This document shows, piece after piece, positions 10,532 through 21,644 of a DNA stretch of 64,000 bases. Source of the DNA: Mayamaea pseudoterrestris (Eukaryota); contig BROI01000017.1 of NCBI GenBank assembly GCA_027923505.1, positions 434,001-498,000 on the forward strand, read 5' to 3'. The notes under the pieces are model-generated. The model was not told the DNA's origin, searched no databases, and was given only the letters and a program-made list of their open reading frames with translations. Numbering within the stretch: the first letter of the stretch is position 1; each line of letters begins with the position of its first letter. The position numbers were made by a program, and so were the translations under genes.

Positions 10532-12052
10532 CTATTCACTGTCAATGCGCCGTAGACCCGAGTCAATGTGATATTCATAGGACGGTAGCATGGTCGCTGC
10601 CCCAAGCACTGTCAGTTCCGTCTGCAAGACACTATCCGGAATGGCAAGCTTCTTTGGACCGTCGCCGCCCATGAGCATGGCGAGGGTGCTTGACACGGCA
10701 TCCTGCACTTGATGCGTCTTGGAGCCACCTCCAACCACCAAGACGTGATCAATATCAGCCGGCATTTTGCGGCCCTCCTCCAACACTTGCGTCACCAGGG
10801 ATTGAAAGAGCGATGAAACAGTGGTAGGTACTGGCATATGGGGCGAGAGGACGCGTAGGTCCCCAAAATCCACAGCCAAGTCCTTGTTCACATGCTCATT
10901 CATTGCTTGCTCCACAACGATTCGTGACATTGTCGTGTCCAAATGATGATTCTTGGGATCAGGAAACAAGTATGGTACATGTATTGCGGCGCGTGTCTTG
11001 TTGGACAGCTCCATGATAGCCAGTCGAGCCTGCGTTTGCAGGGCCGAAAGCGAACGAGCGTCGTGCAGTTCAATCGGAGCGTCCTTGAGTAGAAGTTCGA
11101 CAAGTATTTGAATGTAGGTTTCACCTCCCCATGGTATCGATAGCGAGCCAAGGACGATATCCTTTTGCACGATTGATATTTGCGTCACCATACCTCCAAC
11201 ATCCACCACGAGAAACGTCTTGGCTTTCTTGATCTTTTCGTCGTCCGTCGGCAGAATGCCACGAGTCTGCGCACCCCAAATGGCGGCCACTGGGTTTGGC
11301 AGAAAAGTGGCTTGATTGTCTGGAAGAACATTGTCAAAAGCATCAACGAACGGGTCTTGGAAGTGCACTGGAACTGTCACGATCTTTCGTAGCGGCTCGT
11401 CCGTCTTTACATTTCTGTAGTCCAACATTTCAATCGCCTCCTTGATTGCAGGTGAAACCGCTTCATACACCACTTCTCCAGCGTTTGATTCCGTCAAGGA
11501 AATCCATGGCATTTGCACTAAACTCGCTTCATCTCCTTCCGTCGCGTAGTAGAAGCGTTCCAAGGCTGCGCGTCCTCGTATCACATGCGTTCCATCGTTG
11601 ACAATGCCATTGAAAAAGGCGCGATCACCTTCTCGACTCACAACGACACTTGGTTGCGGATGACTCGTCGCCAGTTTGCAGTAGACGCTTCCCAAGTCAA
11701 TGGCCATTGCTTTGGAAACTTGTTCGGTTGGATTGGTCCGTGCCAATTGCTTTTCGTACTGCTCGAGCTGCCACTGATACTCGTCCCAGTCCTCATCCAT
11801 GCGACGCAGTGCCTTGACGGAGTAGACACCAATGCCAACGACGGCGCCTGCGGCAATGAGAGGAAGTATTTCGTTGCGACGAGTGGAATGGAAGGATCGG
11901 AGTGATTGAGATTGATCATGCCGACGGCGGGCTGCGCGAGAAGGTTCGTCATTCTTCTCGTCGAGTGAATGTTGTCGCGCATCTATCAAGGCAGCTTGAC
12001 ATGATGCAGATGTACGTCTTTGGTTTGCTGTTAGTATTGTTCGTCGTAGCAT
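10532..12052 (-). CDS. Divergent Hsp70-like protein (nucleotide-binding domain only) with a probable mitochondrial presequence and TM helix
   Basis: Motifs AIDLGS, VTVPVHF, NPVAAI, VVDVGG, WGGE, IHVPYL, VLVVGGGSK and TVLGAA occur in Hsp70 NBD order. Arg-rich N-terminus MLRRTILTANQRR; TM segment ILPLIAAGAVVGIGVYSV. Confidence 0.8.
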   Translation of the reverse strand: MLRRTILTANQRRTSASCQAALIDARQHSLDEKNDEPSRAARRRHDQSQSLRSFHSTRRNEILPLIAAGAVVGIGVYSVKALRRMDEDWDEYQWQLEQYEKQLARTNPTEQVSKAMAIDLGSVYCKLATSHPQPSVVVSREGDRAFFNGIVNDGTHVIRGRAALERFYYATEGDEASLVQMPWISLTESNAGEVVYEAVSPAIKEAIEMLDYRNVKTDEPLRKIVTVPVHFQDPFVDAFDNVLPDNQATFLPNPVAAIWGAQTRGILPTDDEKIKKAKTFLVVDVGGMVTQISIVQKDIVLGSLSIPWGGETYIQILVELLLKDAPIELHDARSLSALQTQARLAIMELSNKTRAAIHVPYLFPDPKNHHLDTTMSRIVVEQAMNEHVNKDLAVDFGDLRVLSPHMPVPTTVSSLFQSLVTQVLEEGRKMPADIDHVLVVGGGSKTHQVQDAVSSTLAMLMGGDGPKKLAIPDSVLQTELTVLGAATMLPSYEYHIDSGLRRIDSE

Positions 12053-12255
12053 TGTAGTTGGAATGTGTGATTTAGCAGCATCTCCATCATCATGGTGAAT
12101 GGATGAGCATGGCGCGCCCATCGAAAATGTGACGTCACATACGAGTACCGGACCGACGTCATGTTGCGAGCGAGCCGGCCAAAAGTGACGGTTGCCTCGT
12201 CTTCTCGCCCACATTCAAACAATCGGCCTCCCACGCATCCAGAGCAACAGTCACC

Positions 12256-15200
12256 ATGGTTCGTCAAGCAGTTGCGCAGCCGCGGCGGTCCAACCGACGT
12301 CGTTCCTCATGCGCAGCCAGTGGCGGTATCTTGGCAGCGCTGGAAAATAGTCGCGTCAAGGCAAGTGACGACGATGACAGTGAGTCGGCAACACCAGTCA
12401 AAGTCAAGCCGTCGCGCACCTTGAAAGCAATTCGCGTGAAACAAGACGAATCTGTGTCGTCTAAATCAGATAGTAGTAGTAGCAGCAGTAGTAGTAGCAG
12501 CAGTGCTAGTAAAAAGTTCTTGCCAATCAACAAGAAGACGAAGAAGAACGAGGCCGAGTCGTCTTCGGATGACGACGACAGCAGCATCGAGACGCCTCCG
12601 AAACCAAAGGCGATCCGCATGAACAAGAATGATGACATTTCATCCCTCGATGAAGCATCATCCAACGACGAGGACGAGTCTGACGACGATGAATCCGAGC
12701 AAGACGATTTGACATTATCGGACAAGGAAGATAAAGAGAGCGACGAAGATGATACTGTATTTCATGAGCGAAATAAAGTCGATGCATCTGACGAGGAGGA
12801 GGAGGAGGAGGACGATGACGACGAAGTCATTCATCTCTCCAAACGTCATCAAGACAAGCTGAACAAGAATGTGTTTGACGATTTGGAGAGTGACGACGAG
12901 GAGCTTTCCGAGCTTGAATTGGCCGAGTCGGAAGACGAGTACGATCCTGACGCCACTGACGACGACGTTTCGGAGGATGCGGCAGAACTGTACGAGGTGG
13001 ATGAACTAGCTTGCATGATTGCGGAGAAGTTAAAGTTCTCCAAATTGGCTGCGGAAATTGACACAGGCAAAACTTTGTCAACCAAATCTGCTCTTGTGAC
13101 GTCTGGCGGCAAGTTTAAGGAAACAACATTGAAAAAGAATGCAACTGCTACGCATACCATTTCTCCCGCAAAACGCCATGAAAGCGACGATGAGCAAAGT
13201 CTGAGAACGGCCAAACTATTATCTATCAGCCCAAAAGAAGCTCGTTGCAGAAACGGTGATTCCACTTCCATCGCCAAGCCCTCGCGCGAAAGAAAAAAGG
13301 TTGCGACAGTCGCCGCCATGAACACGGATGACGAAGAAGCCGACACGAGTACAGTCGTGGAACACGCGAGCCGCAAGAAAAAGCCAGCTGGACGAAGAAT
13401 TAGTCGAGTTGCGCCAGTCAAAGTCAAGGCTGTGCGACGAAAGAAGGCAGCCGCGACAAAGGCGACGAGCGACCAGTTGAAGCCAACGCGGCGTGGTCGT
13501 CTACAAAAGATGAAGCCTAAAAAAGTTGCTCATAGTCCTGTTGACGACGTTCACTCATTGTCGTCGGAGGATGATTCGGAAGAATGCAACACTGAGTCTG
13601 AACAGGAAACGCCTGCAAAAGCCAAACATCGAGGACGCAATGCTCGACGTTCCATGGCTCTCGACGCTGAAACATCTGGTAGCTTGAGCTCGTCCGAAGT
13701 GTCGCGTGTTCTTCGCGAGGAGGCGGCTGCCAGAGACTTTTGCGATTTGGAAGATCACGACAGTGAAGCGGCTGCGGACCTGTCCATGAATGATAATGGC
13801 AGCATCACCACTGGTGCGGTTTGCCATGATGGTCTCGACTTGATGGCTTTGAAGGGCGAAGATGACTGTTGCGACGGTATTGCCATGGATGCCGATGACG
13901 AAAATGAAAGCGTATTGATGGCGCAAGTTTTGTCAGACGATGATGGCGTCGATGACGAAGATATCGCAATGGCCGAAGTGTGCAGTGACGATGACGACGA
14001 TAGTCTCGAAGCATCATATCTCAGCAATGGCCAAGGGGCTGATTTCTCGAGTAGTCCTTCAGCCGGACAGCGCAGCGATTCAATGCAAACATCACCCGAA
14101 GTCACACAGCCTGAAACGGAAATCCGAGCGCTGGATTATCTCAGGAGTGACGATGTAATAAGTCATGATCTGAAGTTACGAGTGACTACGCCTCCATCCT
14201 CACCACTCTTACATGAATCTGTGGTTTCTACGTCGAGACAAGTAGACAGTCTCGCCGAAGAAGGACCGGCAGCCGTCGAAACTCATGAGTTTGATGATCA
14301 TGACATGCAACTACAGGCTTTACCTGACCTAGCACTCGCCTTGGTCGATGCACAGCAACCAGCAAAGCTTGAACAGGAAAGGCTTCATGATGATGTCAAC
14401 GCCATGAATAACGAATTCGAGACGACCGCAAGAAGAGGTCACGTTGAGATGGTCAATGATGGAGGAGTCCATCTCGACCACCCTCGCTCATTCAGCAGTG
14501 CAGTCAATGATTATCAGCCTATTGTCTGCGCTGAGACGAGTGATGGCGCAATGGCCATGTCAGACTCGCCATGTCTAGAAAAGTCAATTGACGAACGGGT
14601 CGACAGCAAACCTGGCTTTTCTGCTGCGTCTCCAACAGAGTATCATATCAGCGACGACGTGCAATCAATCCATACGCAAATTCCTTTTCAAGAGAAGATA
14701 GACCACAACGATTTTTTAGCCTATCTTGCACGCAACAATCAACTATTGACAGAGTCGTTGGTGCTTGTCGATGGGAGTGAGGAGGCAATGGAGACTTTAT
14801 CGAGCAATATTGGAAAATCAAGCCATACTATTTCATTTCTTGACCAAATTAACAATTGCCGTCTTCTCGAATCTTTGTCGGAGCCGGCAAAGTTCGTGGA
14901 TCATGAGAACAATCAACGTTTGGCCGCCACTTTTCGTCGTGCCGAGGACGCGACGAATGATCAATTTGCAGCGAGCAACGTCTCACGTAATTCAAGCAAT
15001 GATGATGTAGTGCGCATGGTCAACTGCTGTGCTTTTGCCACATCGAACGCATCAGGAGGCATCTCGGATGATATTGACGCTCTAAACTTTGTTTTGCAAA
15101 GATGTACACTTGACGCTGCAGACGACCACAGTCGTGCTGAAAATCTCAAGACCGACTTCCATTTGCAAGAAACGTCAACGACGGGAGACCATTTCGGAGA

Positions 15201-16938
15201 AAAACCAAGCGATCCCGCCTTTATAATGCCTTTGAATAATGAGGACACCTCCAAGAGCGGTAGCGTTGGTTGCGAAGGGTCTTTATCCCTTCATTTGCTA
15301 CAAGAAGGCGAGGCGGAGATGACACAGGTAGGCTCGCCTGACAAAGCCACTTTACTGATTGAGGATGCACCGCTGCAGGAAATCGATCCGCCGGTGCCTC
15401 CTTGCACAGTTCTTTGTTTGAACAGCAATGTACCTGCAGGAGACAGCGTCTCTCCAATAAAGTCGCCTAGGCTGGTGAATTTCCATAAGTCGGTGGCGTG
15501 GCAAGCGAATGATCAATCCACTATTTCAGCCAACGGAAATGCGAGCCTAGAAATATCATTATCGCCTTCAGAGCTGTTTCACAAAAATTCTCTTTACGTA
15601 TCTGCCGAAAGTTCTCAAGGAGTCGAATTGACCGACAAAGAGAATTGCAGACCTCTGCAAAGCTCAAGTCTTGCCGAAAATAAAAGTCGGCGTCGTCGCG
15701 AGGGATCTATCATGAAATGGTCGTTAGGCACGAAGATTGGTTCCGGTGCATTCGGTGTCGTCCACATTGGAATGAACACGCAGACGGGCAGTCTTCTGGC
15801 TATCAAAATTGTGGCGCTGGACGATAAAGTGGTCAAGGACGTCCGCAGTGAAATCAACATGCTTCGCTCCTTCAAGCATGTGAATATTGTGCAATACCTG
15901 GGAGCGGAGAATGTCGATGGCCAGCTTCATATTTTCCAGGAGTGGGTCGCCGGAGGAAGCATAACAGGAATGTTAGTAAAGTTTGGGGCGTTTCCTCTAG
16001 CCGTTGTGCGCAATTATCTGTCGCAAGCCTTGGAAGGACTCTCCTATCTTCATGATCATAAGATCATGCATCGCGATATCAAGGGAGCTAATATTCTTGT
16101 CAGCGACGGAGGAGTCGTAAAGCTAGCTGATTTTGGGGCGAGCAAAGAACTCTTAAACGACATGATGCTCTCTCATACGATGCGCGGAACACCCTATTTT
16201 ATGGCACCGGAAGTTTTTGAAGAGAAGTACAACTTTAAAGCCGACATTTGGAGTATCGGTTGTGTTGGGTTTCAGATGTTTACGGCCAATCCTCCGTGGA
16301 AGCACTTTGGCACGACAAATCCGGTTGCACTTTTTAACAAGGTCAAGCGCCACGGTGGTCCACCTCCATTGACTACGCCTGCATCGTCACTAGATATAGA
16401 CATCGAGGTTGCTCGGTTTCGTGCTCTTCTTGAGCGGACCTTTCAATTTGAACCCATGGAACGTCCTAGCGCCCGAGATATGCTAGACGACCCTTTCTTT
16501 TTGCACTCCGACAACTATTTGGACGACGAGCACTCAACAAGCTATTCGCTCTTCAGTCCATGCTCCATTGGATCACGAGGCCAGCGATCACCAAAGGGAA
16601 TGAATATCGAAAGTCCTGCTTTTCCCCGCCAAAGCGTCGGCCGCATAAAGAGTGGATGTCCGCCACGTTCACCTTTCCTTTCTCCCCCACTTCCTAAACG
16701 GCAAAGTCTCAGTGTCGGCTCTGCGATGTGCTCTCCAAAGCCTGACGTTGCGGAATGGCCAACATGGGCCCGTGAACACCACGGAAAGGCTTGTTCACCA
16801 GTCGCTAAGCGCAGTGCCGTTGCTGAAATGTCATTTGGAAGCCTTGGATACTCGGCCAGCACTCTTGACAAAACGGAAGCGTCCACAGCTACTGACTCGA
16901 GCTCTCTCGCTGGAGTATCGTTTGTCTTGTCTAAATAG
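12256..16938 (+). CDS. MAP kinase kinase kinase (STE11/NPK1-like) with a long acidic disordered N-terminus
   Basis: 1560-aa ORF; kinase domain at about 15718-16500 with IGSGAFG, AIK, IFQEWVAGGS, HRDIKGANIL, DFG and GTPYFMAPE. Confidence 0.92.
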   Translation: MVRQAVAQPRRSNRRRSSCAASGGILAALENSRVKASDDDDSESATPVKVKPSRTLKAIRVKQDESVSSKSDSSSSSSSSSSSASKKFLPINKKTKKNEAESSSDDDDSSIETPPKPKAIRMNKNDDISSLDEASSNDEDESDDDESEQDDLTLSDKEDKESDEDDTVFHERNKVDASDEEEEEEDDDDEVIHLSKRHQDKLNKNVFDDLESDDEELSELELAESEDEYDPDATDDDVSEDAAELYEVDELACMIAEKLKFSKLAAEIDTGKTLSTKSALVTSGGKFKETTLKKNATATHTISPAKRHESDDEQSLRTAKLLSISPKEARCRNGDSTSIAKPSRERKKVATVAAMNTDDEEADTSTVVEHASRKKKPAGRRISRVAPVKVKAVRRKKAAATKATSDQLKPTRRGRLQKMKPKKVAHSPVDDVHSLSSEDDSEECNTESEQETPAKAKHRGRNARRSMALDAETSGSLSSSEVSRVLREEAAARDFCDLEDHDSEAAADLSMNDNGSITTGAVCHDGLDLMALKGEDDCCDGIAMDADDENESVLMAQVLSDDDGVDDEDIAMAEVCSDDDDDSLEASYLSNGQGADFSSSPSAGQRSDSMQTSPEVTQPETEIRALDYLRSDDVISHDLKLRVTTPPSSPLLHESVVSTSRQVDSLAEEGPAAVETHEFDDHDMQLQALPDLALALVDAQQPAKLEQERLHDDVNAMNNEFETTARRGHVEMVNDGGVHLDHPRSFSSAVNDYQPIVCAETSDGAMAMSDSPCLEKSIDERVDSKPGFSAASPTEYHISDDVQSIHTQIPFQEKIDHNDFLAYLARNNQLLTESLVLVDGSEEAMETLSSNIGKSSHTISFLDQINNCRLLESLSEPAKFVDHENNQRLAATFRRAEDATNDQFAASNVSRNSSNDDVVRMVNCCAFATSNASGGISDDIDALNFVLQRCTLDAADDHSRAENLKTDFHLQETSTTGDHFGEKPSDPAFIMPLNNEDTSKSGSVGCEGSLSLHLLQEGEAEMTQVGSPDKATLLIEDAPLQEIDPPVPPCTVLCLNSNVPAGDSVSPIKSPRLVNFHKSVAWQANDQSTISANGNASLEISLSPSELFHKNSLYVSAESSQGVELTDKENCRPLQSSSLAENKSRRRREGSIMKWSLGTKIGSGAFGVVHIGMNTQTGSLLAIKIVALDDKVVKDVRSEINMLRSFKHVNIVQYLGAENVDGQLHIFQEWVAGGSITGMLVKFGAFPLAVVRNYLSQALEGLSYLHDHKIMHRDIKGANILVSDGGVVKLADFGASKELLNDMMLSHTMRGTPYFMAPEVFEEKYNFKADIWSIGCVGFQMFTANPPWKHFGTTNPVALFNKVKRHGGPPPLTTPASSLDIDIEVARFRALLERTFQFEPMERPSARDMLDDPFFLHSDNYLDDEHSTSYSLFSPCSIGSRGQRSPKGMNIESPAFPRQSVGRIKSGCPPRSPFLSPPLPKRQSLSVGSAMCSPKPDVAEWPTWAREHHGKACSPVAKRSAVAEMSFGSLGYSASTLDKTEASTATDSSSLAGVSFVLSK

Positions 16939-17020
16939 CAATATCACAATGCGCGCAGATATTTAAAATCACAGTAGTTAATTTACAAATTATCAAAGAC
17001 ACATAAACGCCGAGAAAAGG

Positions 17021-18012
17021 CTACATGATTGCACCTGTTTCATCCAATCGATTACCAAATCCATCCGTTTCGTCTTCATCCGCATCATTGCTACGTCCCA
17101 TTTTGTTTAAAATAGAAATATCACCAATCGAGTGCGTCGACATGCCTCGTTTAAAATCCGCAAACAAATTCGAGTCAATCGACGAGACAGACATGAGCGA
17201 ATGACCCGATCCTCGATCCAGCTTATTGTTGCCACCGCCCAATGCACTACTTCGATCCACCACCTTGACGGTGGTTGGTTTAAGTAAATGGTTCGATAGT
17301 GATCCAGCCGCCTGTGGTTTCAAGTGATGATCCACCAACGACTTGCCGTCCGTCATGGTGGACAAGTTGGAATACAAACTCAAGCTACTTTCCACCATGT
17401 GAAAGTCGGGCATGCCATCTCCCATGCTGTGACTGTGATTGGAACTGGCCGGCATTGAAGAAGCATTCTTGTTGTGATTCGAGTATTGACCGCCGGGGTT
17501 GTACTTCATGCGCGCGTACACGCGACGCCGATCCTGCGCCAACTTGTCCTCCAACGAATTGGCTCTCAATGGCGCTGGGTGACCGCTAATGTTCATGTCA
17601 TCCGACTCGTCGTCAAGGTTGCTCACGGATTGCTGCTGCTGGCGATCCAGTATTGGCTGCTGCGGTTGCGGCGGTTGGTAATATTCGCTTGATACTGCAG
17701 CTGGTGGCGGAGCTACCGCAACTTGATGCTCAACTACCGGCAATGGGTCCAAGCTGCTTCCCACGAGACTCTTGTCTGGTGATCCAACCGATGAAAACTG
17801 CGAAAGCATGGATAGTTCCGAAGTGGACGTTCGGTGGTCCTGCTCGGGAGGGAGCAGTTGTTGCTGCGACAAGTTGAGTTGTTGCTGCGAAAGGCTCAAC
17901 TGATGCTGTTGTTGCTGCTGTTGTTGAAGTTGCTGTTGGTAGAGTTGTTGATGCTGCTGATACATTTGCTGCTGCGACTGCAAGTGCGGATGCTGCACCC
18001 GCGAGCAATCAT

Positions 18013-18044
<32 letters not shown>

Positions 18045-18909
18045 TGCAAATGTTCCTCCTGCGCATGCAAGTCTCGCAGACTGAGTCGCTTGAACAACTC
18101 CTCATGCATGGACATGCGCTGACGAGTATCCGGAATGACTGGTGGTTCCTGCCCCTGCCGCAGGACGGCATGCTGCGCCGCCGCCACGGCCACTTGCTGC
18201 GTTTGGCTTTGCACGTGCATTTGATGGAGTGGATGTTGTTGCTGCTGCGACGACTGCACCACGGGCGCCGGTGGAGGCATTTGCATCAAACTTGGGTCGG
18301 CCACCAAGCCTACCTGTTCGGGATATAATCCGGGATGTCCGTACTGACTCTCCATGGCGGCGACGCCTCCCATTTCGACAATCTTTTGGCGCAGCTTGGG
18401 CTGGCCTTCGCGGAGCGCCTGCGATGTCTTTTCAATCGCCTTCTTGTCGCCTGTGAAATAATATACATTGATTGAGAAATATGACACGTGATTAATGCTC
18501 AATGCTTGATGACTGTCAGATATGCTAATGCTTCCAGTCTCTGCTTGAGCCTTAATGCAGCTTCCATTCCCAAAGCAACCACTACATGTTTCAACTCACC
18601 AATATCATACCAACTCGTTTCCGTCTCCTTTTCTAAAAACCTTCCCTTTTGTTCTCGAATCGCCGCGACAATGGACCGACTGATTTTAAGCTTTTCGGTC
18701 TTGAGGCACGTCGTGTAGAGTCCCTTGTTCAAATTGACGAGCCGTCGATAGGTTTGATTGCCCGGATGGCGCAAGGCAGCCCCACCGCGACCGCACAGAA
18801 CGTCGCTGTCAAAGAGTGTGGTAATGTTTTTGGTGGGAGGCGTCGTCAGCAAGTCGCTGCTCGTGAGACTGCTCGTGCTGTCGTGAAAGTTTAACGCGGA
18901 GTTTGACAT
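17021..18909 (-). CDS. DUF6824 domain protein with a poly-Gln region, 2 exons (18909-18600, 18450-17021)
   Basis: DVLCGRGG...HPGNQTYR...SIVAAIREQKGRFL...WYDIG joins DKKAIEKTSQALRE across a 149-bp GTGAGT..CAG intron. This family is expanded in diatoms. Confidence 0.9.
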
Positions 18910-19487
18910 GATTTGCTGTTGTTGGTTGTGACTCGTGCTTTGCCAAGCTTCAAGCAAATGATCTCCAATTGAGCGATTTGTCCTAGAAACTTGTAACGTC
19001 AAGGACCAGCAGTATCAATGATTCGTGCCAAGAAAGGTGCTGCCTATCGTATGAATGTTGTTGCGTGTGTTGTTCTTCATCACCATGGTGACGCGAAAAC
19101 GGACGGTCACGCTTCCGACCGCCCCTGCGCGCCAAAATGACCGGGTCATTTTGGGTGAGTGTCATGATGCTGATTGCAGCTGCAAAAGTAGGTGGACTGA
19201 TGATCGGAAACAATTCATAAATATGGTAGTTTCTATCTGTTTATAACACATTCGCGGGGCGGGGAGGTGGTAGGATCAATGGTTTTACAATGCCTGCAAC
19301 GAACTTCTGCGCGCTCCGCGCGCACAAAGATTGCCAAACAGCAGACGCAGTATACTAAATCAACTGGCCCGGGGTAGAGGGTGTCGCAGAACCACCGGCC
19401 ATTTATGGAGTAGACTACAAGAACGCCAAGAAGTACGGCATGTCGCACCAAGTTACACCCACTGATGTCGTGTAGCATGTCCGGATA

Positions 19488-19640
19488 TTATATCCTACCA
19501 CAATTAGTATAAGTTTTACTATCCTCCGAAGCAATGTTACGTATTTCATCCTGTTCGCGCAACGTCCAGTCTCCTTGTTGCAACAACATGGTCCAAAACG
19601 ACGAGACGGCAGCGTCGCAGGCCGCAACGTTCCCATCGTT

Positions 19641-19671
<31 letters not shown>

Positions 19672-20567
19672 TGCGCCAAGACTTGTTTTCGTATTTCATT
19701 TGACAGCCGCGCATGCTGGGGATGCCATGCAGCCACGAATTGGACGCATCGCCTTCGCAGCACCAAGTCGACTTGATGTGATTTCGTGGCCAGTGTTTGG
19801 AGCTGCTCCTCTCGCTTTTTGGCAGCCTGCTCTGCTAGCGAAGGTAGTGGTATGACTATACCAATTCCAGTGTGAATGAAACTTTTGATAAAGGCCATGG
19901 TTGCTGTCAGGGCATCGTTGGTGTCGTCCTCACGCACGCGCAAACATGCAGACTCCCAATAGGGCGCCGGACTGCATTTGCCAGGAGCCTCAAAGCGACT
20001 AGCCATGGTGCGAATGACAGATGCGGGTACAATCCGAGTTGCTTCTCGCGCCTGATTTCGTTCCAGACAAGTGTCAAGACTGGTGTCAAGATGGACGACG
20101 CCAAAGTGAATTGTTTCGTTGCTTGTCGATGCAGCTAGTGCTTGCTGACACGTCTTGTAAATCTGTTTTCGCATGGAAGTCAAGTAAAAGTTATCATCCA
20201 AAAGGATCAATTGAGCCGTTGGTTTTTGTTTTCCAGAAGATGTATCACTCGTTGAGGCAGCAACAAGGTTTGTCAACAGGGCGATGGATAGTTGCTCTAG
20301 TGCCTTTGTTCGAGACAAGCGCCACGCCTGAAGCTGCGCATCATTGTAGGTAGTTTGATCTGATCCATTCTTGTCGTATTTAACATCAAATTCATAAAGT
20401 TGCTTTTGGACGTTGTCGTATTCAATCACTTGACATGACAAAATCATTGATGCATCCTCGTCAATTTGTTCTTGACATCGTTCGGCAATGCTCCGACACA
20501 ATCGACTCTTTCCAGATCCAGGCAAGCCACAGACTGCAAGTACAACAATGTCGATCGTCTTTGACAT
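19488..20567 (-). CDS. PSTK: L-seryl-tRNA(Sec) kinase (PSTK/KTI12 family P-loop kinase)
   Basis: Motifs VCGLPGSGKS, LILLDDNFYLTSMR, LDTCLERNQAR and FEAP...WE. Confidence 0.78.
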
Positions 20568-20833
20568 GTGCAAGAAAATGATACAGTGATGCCTTGCTCT
20601 ATCTTAATAAGGGCAAAACAAAGCATGTTCCATTCGACCTTTGACAGTAAATAAATAATGCGACGAGTCACGTTGCGACGTTTGTCTCACTTTGTGACGT
20701 TTGTCTTGAGTCACGTTTACAAATAAATTGTGTCACACCGCGCGAGCCAGTCCGGCTTCTAAAACCGTTCCCATTGGAGGTCGGAAGAAGAACAACTGTG
20801 GATCCACAAACACTACCAAAACCTTGCGCAACC

Positions 20834-21429
20834 ATGGCTGCCCTTGCTGCTGCACCCTCCTCCATCAGCCACTTTGCCTTGGCGCAAAAGGAAACGAATC
20901 AAAATGTGTTCTTTCGCTTCGTTGATGGGACGGTACGTCGTTAGAATGTAGCTCCATTGACGTGTCCTGCATGGATTCGTTCACTCATTCATCACTCCCC
21001 TTGCTCCATCGCCCTCATTGACCATGCCACCGAATGGAATCAACTCACGTACCGAAAATACAGACACTATGTCTCTGGCTAGATCCTCTCCTTGACATTT
21101 TCACCATTAAGCAAAAGCTACTAAAGCACCAGCGCGCCACTGGCGTTGCAGCACCACTCTCGGCCACGTTTGCTTCGCAAGACTTGGTGTTTGTTTGCAA
21201 CGGCAAGCCACTCAACGAACACTTTCTGCTGGCGGACTATCAGTTGCCTCCGAATGTTACCATTCACGTGAGCTACCGCAACAAAGGAGGTTGCTTTTTG
21301 GTTTCCTTGTCGGTGCTGACCATTATTTTCTGGTCCATCATTGGATCGCCCTGCACGTGCGGTCTGAGTCTGTTGTTGGTGCCGCTGCTGCTGCCACTGC
21401 TGTTTATTCTGCCGTGCTTCTTCTTGTAG
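20834..21429 (+). CDS. Ubiquitin-like domain protein with a C-terminal hydrophobic, Cys-rich membrane tail; 2 exons (20834-20932, 21064-21429)
   Basis: A 131-bp GTACGT..CAG intron joins NVFFRFVDGT to TLCLWLDP..IKQKL. The domain continues LVFVCNGKPL..LADYQL..TIHVSYRNKGG, followed by 45 mostly hydrophobic residues. Confidence 0.78.
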
Positions 21430-21644
21430 AATGAGAAAGGTGTTACATGGAGCATGAACTTGTTCGAGGTTCCGACCATTGGTAGAGGTAGAGGCGATAG
21501 ACATGAAAAATAAAAAAGTGAAAGCACAGTATGGATGTACGAACGATGCAGTCAGCAGTTAATTATAGCCAAGTTAATCGGTTCATCATTGTCCCTATGA
21601 CAATTGTCTATTTCCAACTTTACTACAATCCTCCCATGGCCCGT

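Noticed and set aside
17870..19675. CAG/CTG microsatellites
   Set aside because: Ordinary poly-Gln coding tracts within the DUF6824 and PSTK genes.
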